Counted from the first letter of the stretch, positions 7,775 to 16,399 are shown. The stretch is DNA of 25,289 nt from Candidatus Aenigmatarchaeota archaeon (GCA_023137195.1 JAGLPV010000034.1:1-25289), one strand, 5' to 3'. Translations and numbers: made by a program. The notes: generated from the sequence alone by a model not told the origin.

Positions 7775-9607
7775 TCAACAACTCTTATTATACAACAGAT
7801 TGGCTCCTTCCTCAAATGCCTCAATACTTGCAACAAGAATATCCGGGCTGGTTCCCATCGCAATTACAGACACATTATTTTTTTCATCCTTTACAGCCAT
7901 TTTAATATCTACAACAGCATCAGCATGCTTGGTATTTATTTTTACCTGGTAATCTGTCAAGGCATAATTCATATTGTTTTTGGCAAGAACTTTCTGGAAT
8001 GCTTTAATCAAAGCATCTACCGGACCGACACCGTCAGATGATTCTTCATATTCTTTGTTTTCGTATTCCAGCTTGATATTTGCAACAGGTTTTTCCTTTT
8101 TACTCGCAGTTACGCCAAAGTCAATAATTTTTATTGTTTTTTCTTTCCCTTTTCGTATGCTGTTTTCTACAATCATCTGCAAATCAGACCGTTTTATTTC
8201 TTTTCCTTTGTCAAGGAAAGATGTTATCTGATCTCTTGCATTGACTAAATCCGAATTCATTATATCAACATCAAACTCGATTTTTACAGTTTTCTTTAAT
8301 TGCTCTTCTGTTGGAATCTTGTCAAACAATATTTTTTTGTCTTCTGCATCTGTATTTGCAGAACAAATCTGGTAGAATTTCTTGTCCAAAAACCTGTCCA
8401 CTTCCGAATCCACAGGGTTAATTACAGGGGATGTCGGAAGCACTTTCAATACAGATGTAGGGTCTTTCAAGCCAGCGCCGGTCATTACAATTACAATTTT
8501 TTCATCTTTGTTTACCTTTTTCATCTCTACTAATTTTTGCAGTGCTGCAAGACCTGTTGCGGCAGAAGGTTCCACGAAAATAGATTCTGTTTTTGCCAGG
8601 AGTTTCTGGGCATTGAGAGTTTCTTCATCTTTCACATCCAGTGCCATGCCATTGGAATCATAAATTGCTTTCAGGATTTTTTTCCCGTCTAATGGTTCGC
8701 CTACGCATATGGCAGAGGCAACAGTAGCTGGTTTGTCCTGTATTTCGTAATTCATTGTTTGTTTTTCATAAGCGCACACAACCGGGTTTGCCCCGCTTGC
8801 CTGGACGCCAATCATCTGCGGAAGAGAGTCAATAAACCCGAACTTCTTGTATTCTGTAAACCCTTTCCATATTGCAGAAGAATTTGTCCCGCACCCGATA
8901 GGGATGATAAGTTTGTCCGGAGCCGTCCAGTTCAATTGTTCTGCAATTTCATATGCCTGGGATTTTTGCCCTTCTGCCCTGAACGCATAATCGCCGCATA
9001 AATAAAAATCATGCTTTTGGCTCAGATTAATTGTTAATCTTACTGCATCTGCATAAGTTCCTCTTATCTGGATTAATTTTGCCCCGTAAGAAAGAGTCTG
9101 CGCCAGTTTTCCAATCGGTGTTCCTTCAGGCACAATCACATAGCAGGGAAGTCCTGCTTTGGAGGCAAAGGCAGAGACAGATGCTGCCATATTTCCTGTC
9201 GATGCGCAACAGACAGCTTTTTTCCCAAGTTCAAGCGCTTTTGTTATCTCGACCATCGTTCCCCTGTCCTTGAAAGCTCCTGTTGGGTTCGCCCCTTCAT
9301 ATTTAATATACAGATGATTTAGTCCAAGCATTTTTCCAAGAGTTTTACATTCATACAAAGGAGTATTCCCCTCGTTTAAACTCACTATTTTGCTCATATC
9401 CTCAATAGGATAAAAATTAAGATATTTCAGGCTGCTGATTGGCGCAGTCTTAATTAGATGCATGTTTAATTTTTCAGTGATTTTGTCATAATCATACACT
9501 ACATCAAGAGCACCACCGCAGTCCATACAATTGGAAGAGGTCTCTTCTTCTTTCCATTCCTTTTTACAGTCAACACATATTAGTTTATATAATTTTTTAT
9601 TTTCCAT
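7775..9607 (-). CDS. thrC: Threonine-synthase-family PLP enzyme fused to the LeuA/CimA subdomain II and allosteric (LeuA_dimer) domain
   Basis: N-terminal CxxC..CxxC, LNEGNTPL, NPTGAFKDRG (PLP Lys113), ASTGN, RAEGQKS, EPSAA and TGAGLKDP. The C-terminal ~120 aa carry GVGPVDA, LTDYQV and GTSPDILVASIEAF. The symbol indicates family only; the reaction is uncertain. Confidence 0.85.
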   Translation of the reverse strand: MENKKLYKLICVDCKKEWKEEETSSNCMDCGGALDVVYDYDKITEKLNMHLIKTAPISSLKYLNFYPIEDMSKIVSLNEGNTPLYECKTLGKMLGLNHLYIKYEGANPTGAFKDRGTMVEITKALELGKKAVCCASTGNMAASVSAFASKAGLPCYVIVPEGTPIGKLAQTLSYGAKLIQIRGTYADAVRLTINLSQKHDFYLCGDYAFRAEGQKSQAYEIAEQLNWTAPDKLIIPIGCGTNSSAIWKGFTEYKKFGFIDSLPQMIGVQASGANPVVCAYEKQTMNYEIQDKPATVASAICVGEPLDGKKILKAIYDSNGMALDVKDEETLNAQKLLAKTESIFVEPSAATGLAALQKLVEMKKVNKDEKIVIVMTGAGLKDPTSVLKVLPTSPVINPVDSEVDRFLDKKFYQICSANTDAEDKKILFDKIPTEEQLKKTVKIEFDVDIMNSDLVNARDQITSFLDKGKEIKRSDLQMIVENSIRKGKEKTIKIIDFGVTASKKEKPVANIKLEYENKEYEESSDGVGPVDALIKAFQKVLAKNNMNYALTDYQVKINTKHADAVVDIKMAVKDEKNNVSVIAMGTSPDILVASIEAFEEGANLLYNKSC

Positions 9608-9618
9608 TTTAACACTCC

Positions 9619-9643
9619 GAGGACAAAAATTAAATTTGTCCTC
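9619..9643 (-). promoter_or_regulatory. 9-bp perfect hairpin between the ridA stop and the thrC SD
   Basis: GAGGACAAA-(7 nt)-TTTGTCCTC, immediately followed on the minus strand by GGAG-tgttaaa-ATG. Confidence 0.5.
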
Positions 9644-10032
9644 TATCGAATAATAATCTCTGCTATTGCGTCAATCTCTATTTGTGCACCTTTTGGAAGT
9701 TTTGCGACACAAACAGTTGAACGTGCAGGTTTGCTTGTAGAAAAATAAGAAGAATATATTTCATTTACTTTAGAAAAATCGTCAATGTTTGTCAAGTATA
9801 TTGTTGTTTTGACCACCATTTCAAGACTGCTATCGGCGGCCTCAAGAACAGCTTTTATATTGTCCAGAACCTGTTTTGCCTGGACTTCAATGCTCTCATC
9901 CATGAATTCCTGTGTCTGTGGGTTTATTGCAATCTGACCGGAAAGATAAACAATATTGTTTATTTTCACAGCCTGTGAATAAGGACCAATTGCATCCGGT
10001 GCATTACTGGTGCTTATTATTTCTTTGGACAT
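9643..10032 (-). CDS. ridA: RidA family reactive enamine/imine deaminase
   Basis: APDAIGPYSQA, SGQI, VVKTTIYL, F..VNEIY, PARSTV (catalytic Arg) and LPKGAQIEIDAIA motifs. Confidence 0.93.
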   Translation of the reverse strand: MSKEIISTSNAPDAIGPYSQAVKINNIVYLSGQIAINPQTQEFMDESIEVQAKQVLDNIKAVLEAADSSLEMVVKTTIYLTNIDDFSKVNEIYSSYFSTSKPARSTVCVAKLPKGAQIEIDAIAEIIIR

Positions 10033-10054
10033 AACCCTTAAATAACTGCATAAT

Positions 10055-10062
10055 TTTATAAA
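10055..10062. promoter_or_regulatory. Palindromic TATA box, putative bidirectional promoter for ridA-thrC and ilvBNC
   Basis: TTTATAAA lies exactly 22 nt from the ridA ATG (10032) and 22 nt from the ilvB ATG (10085). Neither gene has a strong SD. Confidence 0.7.
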
Positions 10063-10084
10063 TCTAAATTATCGTATTGGGACT

Positions 10085-11797
10085 ATGAAAGGAAGTCAGA
10101 TGATTTTAAATACACTGAAAGACAACGGAGTAAATACAACTTTTGGATATCCCGGTGGATCAGTAATCCCTTTGTTTGATGCAGTCTATAATGACAATGA
10201 GTTCAGGAATATTCTTGTCAGGCATGAGCAGGCAGCAGCCCATGCGGCAGACGGGTATGCGAGGGCATCCGGCAATGTCGGCGTTGCGATAGCAACAAGC
10301 GGTCCGGGAGCGACAAATTTAGTGACAGGACTTGGCACAGCATATTATGATTCTTCTCCCGTACTTGCTTTCGGAGGACAGGTTTCTGTAAATTTCTTAG
10401 GCAAAGATGCATTCCAGGAATCAGACATGATGGGAATAACCCTCCCAATCACAAAACACAATTTCCAGATAAGAAACCCTGATGATATAAATGCAACAAT
10501 CAGGAAAGCAATCAAGATAGCAACAAGCAGGAGACCGGGACCAGTATATGTAGAACTGCCAAAAGAATGCCAGGTCGGAGACATCACAAAACCAAATCCG
10601 AAAACAGCAGAGGTTCTAAATTGCGGTCCTATGCCAAGAGCAAAAAAAGAAGACATAAAAAAACTCGCAGACGGTCTGCTTAATACTCAAGCCCCTCTTA
10701 TTTTGGTAGGAGGAGGAGTTTTATTAGCAAATGCATCTGGGCAGATAAATAAACTCATAGAACTGCTTAACATCCCTGTGGCAACAACACTCATGGCAAA
10801 AGGAGTAATCCCGGACAATCATCCTCTTAACCTCGGGATGATAGGTATGCACGGCAGGAAGAGCGCAAATTACGCAATTATGAATGCTGACCTGATAGTT
10901 GTTTTGGGATGTAGGTTTTCAGACAGGATTACAGGAGATACAGATGCATTTGCAAGAGATGCAAAGATAATACAGATTGACATTGACTCATCTGAAATAA
11001 ACAAGAACATTGATATTGACATGTCCATAATAGGAGATGTAAAATCAATCCTTGATGATCTTTTAGCAGTCCTTAAAATGAAGATAAAATCGCCGAAACA
11101 GACAGATTGGTCAAAGAAGATGAAAAAGATAAAACAGCTTTGTTGTTGCGATATAGATATTGGAAAAACTCCAATTGACCCGAGGAAAGTGATAAAGGAA
11201 ATAAATGCTGCAATAAAAGACACGGATATTGTCACAACCGGCGTAGGACAGCACCAGATGTATGCCGCTCATTTCCTTGAAAGAAAATACCCCAGGACAT
11301 TTATTACCAGTGGAGGATTCGGCACAATGGGATCCGGATTCCCTTTTGCAATAGGTGCAAAAATAGCAAAGCCGGATGTTGAAGTTATTGACATAGACGG
11401 GGACGGCTCGTTTATAATGAACTCACAGGAGCTTGCAACATGTAAGGAAGAAAACATTAAAGCAACTCCTGTAATTTTAAACAACAATTATCTTGGAATG
11501 GTAAGGCAGTGGCTGGAAATATTTTACGGCAGGAGGTATTCACAGGTGGGTTTGGGGAATACCACGGATTTTGTAAAGATGGCAGATGCTTACGGATTGG
11601 AAGGGATATTGGTGGAAAAGCCGTCTGAAATTAAGGATGCTCTGAAAGAGGCAATGGGAAATGATGAGACTACTATTGTAAATATTATGATAGAGAAAGA
11701 GTCCAATATACTGCCTATGCTTCCGCCGGGAGGGACATTAAAAGAGGCATTTGGTGGGTGCATGGAACAGGCAGGATATGAGTGCTTTGAGAAATAG
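10085..11797 (+). CDS. ilvB: Acetolactate/acetohydroxyacid synthase large subunit
   Basis: FGYPGG, RHEQ, TSGPGATN, GQV, AFQE, MIGMHG, RFSDR, VGQHQM, TPP motif GDGS...LNN and GMVRQW. Confidence 0.97.
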   Translation: MKGSQMILNTLKDNGVNTTFGYPGGSVIPLFDAVYNDNEFRNILVRHEQAAAHAADGYARASGNVGVAIATSGPGATNLVTGLGTAYYDSSPVLAFGGQVSVNFLGKDAFQESDMMGITLPITKHNFQIRNPDDINATIRKAIKIATSRRPGPVYVELPKECQVGDITKPNPKTAEVLNCGPMPRAKKEDIKKLADGLLNTQAPLILVGGGVLLANASGQINKLIELLNIPVATTLMAKGVIPDNHPLNLGMIGMHGRKSANYAIMNADLIVVLGCRFSDRITGDTDAFARDAKIIQIDIDSSEINKNIDIDMSIIGDVKSILDDLLAVLKMKIKSPKQTDWSKKMKKIKQLCCCDIDIGKTPIDPRKVIKEINAAIKDTDIVTTGVGQHQMYAAHFLERKYPRTFITSGGFGTMGSGFPFAIGAKIAKPDVEVIDIDGDGSFIMNSQELATCKEENIKATPVILNNNYLGMVRQWLEIFYGRRYSQVGLGNTTDFVKMADAYGLEGILVEKPSEIKDALKEAMGNDETTIVNIMIEKESNILPMLPPGGTLKEAFGGCMEQAGYECFEK

Positions 11798-11809
11798 ATT
11801 AATAAGATT

Positions 11810-12301
11810 ATGAAAACATACATTATTTCAATACTGGTCGCAGATGAGCCAGGCGTTTTATTGAAATTATGCGGCTTGTTTGTCAGGAGAGGTTTTAATA
11901 TCAACACAATCGCTGTCGGCTCAACCGAGAAAAAAGGACTTTCCAGAATAATGATAACCCTTAATTCTGATGGGAAAAAGATAACCCAGCTAAAAAAGCA
12001 ATTAATCAAGGTAATAGATGTGGTGGGCGTCTCTGATTTGACAGAAAATACAATAGTAGAGGAATTGTGCTTGATTAAACTGGGCATAAACGGGGAAAAA
12101 GAAAGGGATGAAATCATAAATAATGTAAATCTATTCAAGGCAAAAATAATAGACATAAACAAGACAAACATAATCATCCAGATAACAGACCGACCGAACA
12201 AAATCAAGAATTTTATTGACGTTTTATCCGATTACGAGATAGTAAAGATTACAAGAACAGGAACCGTAGCAATCAAGGACATCGGAACTAATAATAATTA
12301 A
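11810..12301 (+). CDS. ilvN: Acetolactate synthase small regulatory subunit
   Basis: ACT domain (DEPGVL, LFVRRGFNI), KQL.K.IDV, EL.LIK and C-terminal RTG.VA; lies between ilvB and ilvC. Confidence 0.92.
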   Translation: MKTYIISILVADEPGVLLKLCGLFVRRGFNINTIAVGSTEKKGLSRIMITLNSDGKKITQLKKQLIKVIDVVGVSDLTENTIVEELCLIKLGINGEKERDEIINNVNLFKAKIIDINKTNIIIQITDRPNKIKNFIDVLSDYEIVKITRTGTVAIKDIGTNNN

Positions 12302-12313
12302 ATAAGGATTAAT

Positions 12314-13309
12314 ATGGAAGAAGCAAAAATATATCACGACGCAGATGTAACAACATCTGTTTTAGAAGGCAAGACAATAGCTGTAATTGGCTACGGTGCA
12401 CAAGGCAAAGCTCAGGCAAACTGCATGAAAGATTCAGGATTAGATGTGATTGTAGGTTTAAGAAAAGATGGTGCTTCATGGCAAAAAGCCATCGACGACG
12501 GGATGAATGTTGATGAAATAAGTGAGGCGGCTAAAAAGGCAGACATCATCCATATTTTAATACCGGACGAGATACAAAAGACTATTTACGATGAGCATAT
12601 CAAAGAACATGTTACAGAAGGAAAAGCAGTCAGTTTTTCCCACGGGTTTAACATCACTTACAAGCAGATAGCTCCGCCTCAAAATGTTGATGTAATTATG
12701 GTTGCTCCAAAATCCCCGGGGACAGAGGAAAGAAAAAGATACTTGGAAGGATTCGGAGTGCCGGGACTTGTTGCAGTTGAAAACGACTACAGCGGGAATG
12801 CAAAAGACACAGCTCTTGAGATGGCAAAAGCAATGGGTTTTACAAGAGCAGGAGTTTTTGAATGCACATTCAACCAGGAGACATATTCTGATTTATTCGG
12901 TGAACAGTGCGTACTTTGTGGCGGAATGACAGAATTGATTAAAGCAGGATTCGAGACACTTGTAAAAAGAGGATACCCTCCACAGATGGCATATTTTGAA
13001 TGTATGCATGAAGTGAAACTTATTGTTGACCTTCTTTATGAAGGAGGAATGCAGCACATGTGGCATGTTGTGTCGAACACAGCAGAATACGGCGGAAGAA
13101 CAGTTGGTCCAAAAATAATCACAGAAGAGGCAAAGCGGGAAATGGAAAAAGCATTGGACAGGATTGAATCAGGCGAGTTTGCAGAAGAATGGCTTAATGA
13201 ATACAGGAGTGGAAACAAAAATTTCAATGAACTGAGGAAGGCAGAAGAAAGCCACGAGATAGAGATTACTGGTGCAAAAATCAGGAAGTTGTTCGAAAAA
13301 AAAGAATAA
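12314..13309 (+). CDS. ilvC: Ketol-acid reductoisomerase (class I)
   Basis: IGYGAQG, GLR..GAS, FSHGFN, VAPKSPG, DLFGEQ.VLCGG, AYFEC.HE and SNTAEYG motifs. Confidence 0.97.
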   Translation: MEEAKIYHDADVTTSVLEGKTIAVIGYGAQGKAQANCMKDSGLDVIVGLRKDGASWQKAIDDGMNVDEISEAAKKADIIHILIPDEIQKTIYDEHIKEHVTEGKAVSFSHGFNITYKQIAPPQNVDVIMVAPKSPGTEERKRYLEGFGVPGLVAVENDYSGNAKDTALEMAKAMGFTRAGVFECTFNQETYSDLFGEQCVLCGGMTELIKAGFETLVKRGYPPQMAYFECMHEVKLIVDLLYEGGMQHMWHVVSNTAEYGGRTVGPKIITEEAKREMEKALDRIESGEFAEEWLNEYRSGNKNFNELRKAEESHEIEITGAKIRKLFEKKE

Positions 13310-13314
13310 AAAAA

Positions 13315-13444
13315 CCACAGGAATGCACAAGATGCAGGAAAATTCTATATTTTCCGCACATTCAACTTTGTTGAATGACGCACAGGAACATAGAAGAAGG
13401 AAAAATCACTTTCCTGTGAATTCCGTGCGTTCTGTGGATAAATA
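13315..13444. repeat. REP/MITE-like multi-hairpin element, same family as 87-121
   Basis: Outer imperfect inverted repeat CCACAGgAATGCAC..CAGGAAA / TTTCCTG..GTGCGTTCTGTGG. Inner perfect stem CATTCAAC-ttt-GTTGAATG (13359-13377). CACAGGAA (13381) is complementary to TTCCTGTG (13411). Confidence 0.7.
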
Positions 13445-13470
13445 TATAAAAATAAATCCCATAAATAACT

Positions 13471-13647
13471 ATGAAACCGGAAATGATTTTCTATATTACA
13501 GGAGGTTTTTTTGCAATCGCAACATTACTGTATTTTGCAGGAGAATACATTCTGCTGTTCGGGAAGGAAATCAAGCTGACAATCCTTTTGTGCCTGACAA
13601 TAATATTTTATTCAGCAGGAACTTTCCTTAAAATTAAAGACATGTGA
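13471..13647 (+). CDS. Small two-TM membrane protein, 58 aa (below the ORF-track cutoff)
   Basis: MKPEMIFYITGGFFAIATLLYFAGEYILLFGKEIKLTILLCLTIIFYSAGTFLKIKDM. TATATAAA lies 20 nt upstream; the stop overlaps the next ORF (GTGA). Confidence 0.75.
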   Translation: MKPEMIFYITGGFFAIATLLYFAGEYILLFGKEIKLTILLCLTIIFYSAGTFLKIKDM

Positions 13648-14486
13648 TTGATATGATAGGATTTGTATTTTTTATATTGTTTATTCCATTGCTTATAATT
13701 TTAGGTCTTGCTTATTTTCGCACAAAAAAGATTTATCCTCTTATGTATATTCTGTCGGCATTTTCATACATCATTACATTGGCTTATTTTATCGGTGCAT
13801 GGGGATTGAAAAAAGACGCGATAATTGCAACACTCGGGGTTTCAGCAATATTGCTGATAGCAATTGGTTATAATATTTCTCATTCAAAAAAACAGCATGA
13901 ATTAAAGCGCATAAAACGATATGGCATTATTTTACCCATTACAATAATTGTTTTTGCATCAATCATAGGTTCTGCAAATATTGGAATGGAGCGGCAGACA
14001 GACACAGTATCTTCTGTTAAATACAGCGAGATATTTTCAGACGAGAAAGGAGAGCTTTATAGCAATGCACTAGAAAACCAAGTGTTTCTCCAGACAATTA
14101 CAATTAAAAACAATTTCTTTCTTTCTGCATATCAAAAAATTCCAAAATACACCATTTGCTTTTATCCTTTAAATGAAAGCTGTGATGTTCATTCTTATCC
14201 AATGTATTATGAAAACAATAAATCTTTTTACAAAGATATTATTGAAATACTTCCTCGGTCTGAAAAAACAGTACAGATAAGAATTCCGAAATTGTATAAC
14301 TATGAAGATAGAATTGGTGCAAATATCGAGCCGGTGTTGGTCGGGCAGAGATATAAGGGATGCAATTACGATGAGATATTACTGGTTGACAGAAACCCTA
14401 ACGGAGAAAGAGATTACGGTTATGTTGAATGCAGTTCTTTGTCAAAAGAGCAGATAGATAGCGCAATTAAAATTGAAATCAATTAA
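13644..14486 (+). CDS. Hypothetical membrane protein, about 4 N-terminal TM helices plus a Cys-containing soluble domain
   Basis: Hydrophobic segments in aa 1-115 and a polar C-terminus with 4 Cys. The start may be ATG 13653. Confidence 0.75.
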   Translation: MIDMIGFVFFILFIPLLIILGLAYFRTKKIYPLMYILSAFSYIITLAYFIGAWGLKKDAIIATLGVSAILLIAIGYNISHSKKQHELKRIKRYGIILPITIIVFASIIGSANIGMERQTDTVSSVKYSEIFSDEKGELYSNALENQVFLQTITIKNNFFLSAYQKIPKYTICFYPLNESCDVHSYPMYYENNKSFYKDIIEILPRSEKTVQIRIPKLYNYEDRIGANIEPVLVGQRYKGCNYDEILLVDRNPNGERDYGYVECSSLSKEQIDSAIKIEIN

Positions 14487-14501
14487 TTCGTCAATAATGT
14501 T

Positions 14502-14948
14502 ATGGAATATGAAGAAGTAAAAAGAGGTCGCTCATTTATCCTGAAATTTGAACACAAGGATAATTTTCTGGACGAGTTATTGTCTTTTGTAAAAGAAAAG
14601 CAGATACGAGCCGGGAAAATTGAAATAATCGGCGCCTTAAAAAACGCAAAAGGTGCTGTTGGACCACAAACAGATGAACTCCCGCCGACACCAGTCATAA
14701 AAGAAATAAATAATGCGCATGAAGTTGTGGGCGTCGGGACAATTTTTTGGCAGGATGACGAACCAAAGTTACATCTACATTGCGCAATAGGGCATAAAGA
14801 TGATGCAAATGTAATATGCATCCGGCAAGATACAGAAGTCTTTATTGTAATCGAAGCAATATTGCAGGAATATGTAGAGACTACCGCAGAAAGAAAAATT
14901 GATGAGGAAATTAAGATGCCGCTTTTGAGTTTTGAACCCCTTCCTTGA
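14502..14948 (+). CDS. PPC/DUF296 domain protein (AF0104-like)
   Basis: IGAL, E..GVGTI, P.LHLH..IG (HxH Zn motif) and VFIVIE; typical length. Confidence 0.85.
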   Translation: MEYEEVKRGRSFILKFEHKDNFLDELLSFVKEKQIRAGKIEIIGALKNAKGAVGPQTDELPPTPVIKEINNAHEVVGVGTIFWQDDEPKLHLHCAIGHKDDANVICIRQDTEVFIVIEAILQEYVETTAERKIDEEIKMPLLSFEPLP

Positions 14949-15073
14949 CACTAATTTTGTAATTATGCAAACCCGCTTTATTTCTAATTGTGGCATATTC
15001 GCCATAATTAAATTTAGGATTATGTAATTTTTTATTCACACTACTTAATAAACTTAAACTGAAAAATAATATA

Positions 15074-16399
15074 ATGAATTTTCTGGAAAAATTATTTGGG
15101 AAAAGAGAAAAGACTAAAAGAACAAAAGAGACAGAAGAAAAACCACTCTGCGTAACAATAAAATTTGAGCAGGCAAACGCATTTCTTAAGGAGACTGCCG
15201 CCCCTTTCCTAGAATCAATAAATGACATGACAGACAGTGCCATAAAAAACATCAAAGACCATTTCAAAGACCTTGATGAGAACCTTGATGCTTTGGAAAA
15301 AGCAGTGCCTGAAGAACATGCAGAAGACAGACCAAGGAAACTTATGCTCGGCAACAGGGCTGCCTTTATAAGAAAAGTAAAAACATTTGAAAATAATATT
15401 GCCTTTCCATCCACAAAAGTGGTGCCGAAAATCAGGGAATTCTATAAATCTCTTATAATGGATATGAATGTACTGCTAAAAGATACACACAAAAACATCT
15501 ACTTTTCGAACATGCTTTTTCCTGATGAGATGGAAAAAACAATAGGCAGTTTAAGAGAGATGGGGCATATTGCAGACCAGTCGATAAAGGAGTTGGACAG
15601 CAACAAAGAAAAAATAGAGATGATTGAACAGGCGGAAAATAACATAAAAAAAGTGCATGACCTCACAACAAAAAAGAAAACTATTTTTCAAAGTCAAAAG
15701 AAAAGCAAAGAAAACATTAAAGAACTCCAAAGAAAGAAAGAAGAACTGATTAAAGAACTTGATTACCTCAACACCAGCGAAGAGAGAAAGACTCTGGGAA
15801 AAGAAGAAGAAAAACTTAAATCTCTTGAAGAAGAAATAGACAATATAAGAAACACAATAATCAATATGTTCTCGCCCCTGTCAAAGACCATGAAAAAATA
15901 TGAAAGAGACAGTGCAGGACTAAGCAAAGAAGAGAGAAATACGCTTTGCCTGTATATTGATTCGCCCGTAGAAGCATTAATTGGAGACAAGGATATGAAG
16001 ACTCTTGACAAGATAATTCTCAATGCAGAAAATATGATAAAAGAGGGAGGAATAACTCTAAAGGATAAAAAGCAGGAAGAAAAGATACTTCATCATATGA
16101 GCCGGCTAAAAAATCACGAAGAGTTAAAAGACATTCTTGTTGGTTATGAACGAACTAAAAGACAGGCAGAAGAGACAAGCAACTCTATAAAGGACATGAA
16201 TATAAGCGAAAGAATATCATCAACAGAGCATGAACTTGCGGCTTTAAATGAAAATATTGTGACAGAAAAAGAGAATATGGCAGGACTGGGAAAATCTATT
16301 CCTGAAGTCGATAATGAGATATTATTGAAGGTAAAAGAGCTGGAGAATGAACTAAGTGGGATTTCTGGGAAGGATGTGACGATGAGTATTGATTTATAA
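15074..16399 (+). CDS. Hypothetical K/E-rich coiled-coil protein
   Basis: 441-aa ORF with heptad-like K/E/L stretches; no Walker motifs recognised. Confidence 0.75.
   Translation: MNFLEKLFGKREKTKRTKETEEKPLCVTIKFEQANAFLKETAAPFLESINDMTDSAIKNIKDHFKDLDENLDALEKAVPEEHAEDRPRKLMLGNRAAFIRKVKTFENNIAFPSTKVVPKIREFYKSLIMDMNVLLKDTHKNIYFSNMLFPDEMEKTIGSLREMGHIADQSIKELDSNKEKIEMIEQAENNIKKVHDLTTKKKTIFQSQKKSKENIKELQRKKEELIKELDYLNTSEERKTLGKEEEKLKSLEEEIDNIRNTIINMFSPLSKTMKKYERDSAGLSKEERNTLCLYIDSPVEALIGDKDMKTLDKIILNAENMIKEGGITLKDKKQEEKILHHMSRLKNHEELKDILVGYERTKRQAEETSNSIKDMNISERISSTEHELAALNENIVTEKENMAGLGKSIPEVDNEILLKVKELENELSGISGKDVTMSIDL

Noticed and set aside
11590-12207. Long antisense ORFs (also 17406-18089, 14911-15414, 2932-3357 and others)
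   Set aside because: They are shadow frames opposite well-conserved genes, expected from codon bias, and show no motifs.
13272-13631. 119-aa ORF in the track
   Set aside because: It runs through the palindromic repeat and overlaps ilvC. The 58-aa ORF at 13471 in another frame has better promoter and protein features.
15074-16399. Coiled-coil protein as SMC/Rad50
   Set aside because: No Walker A/B, signature, hinge or zinc-hook motif is visible.
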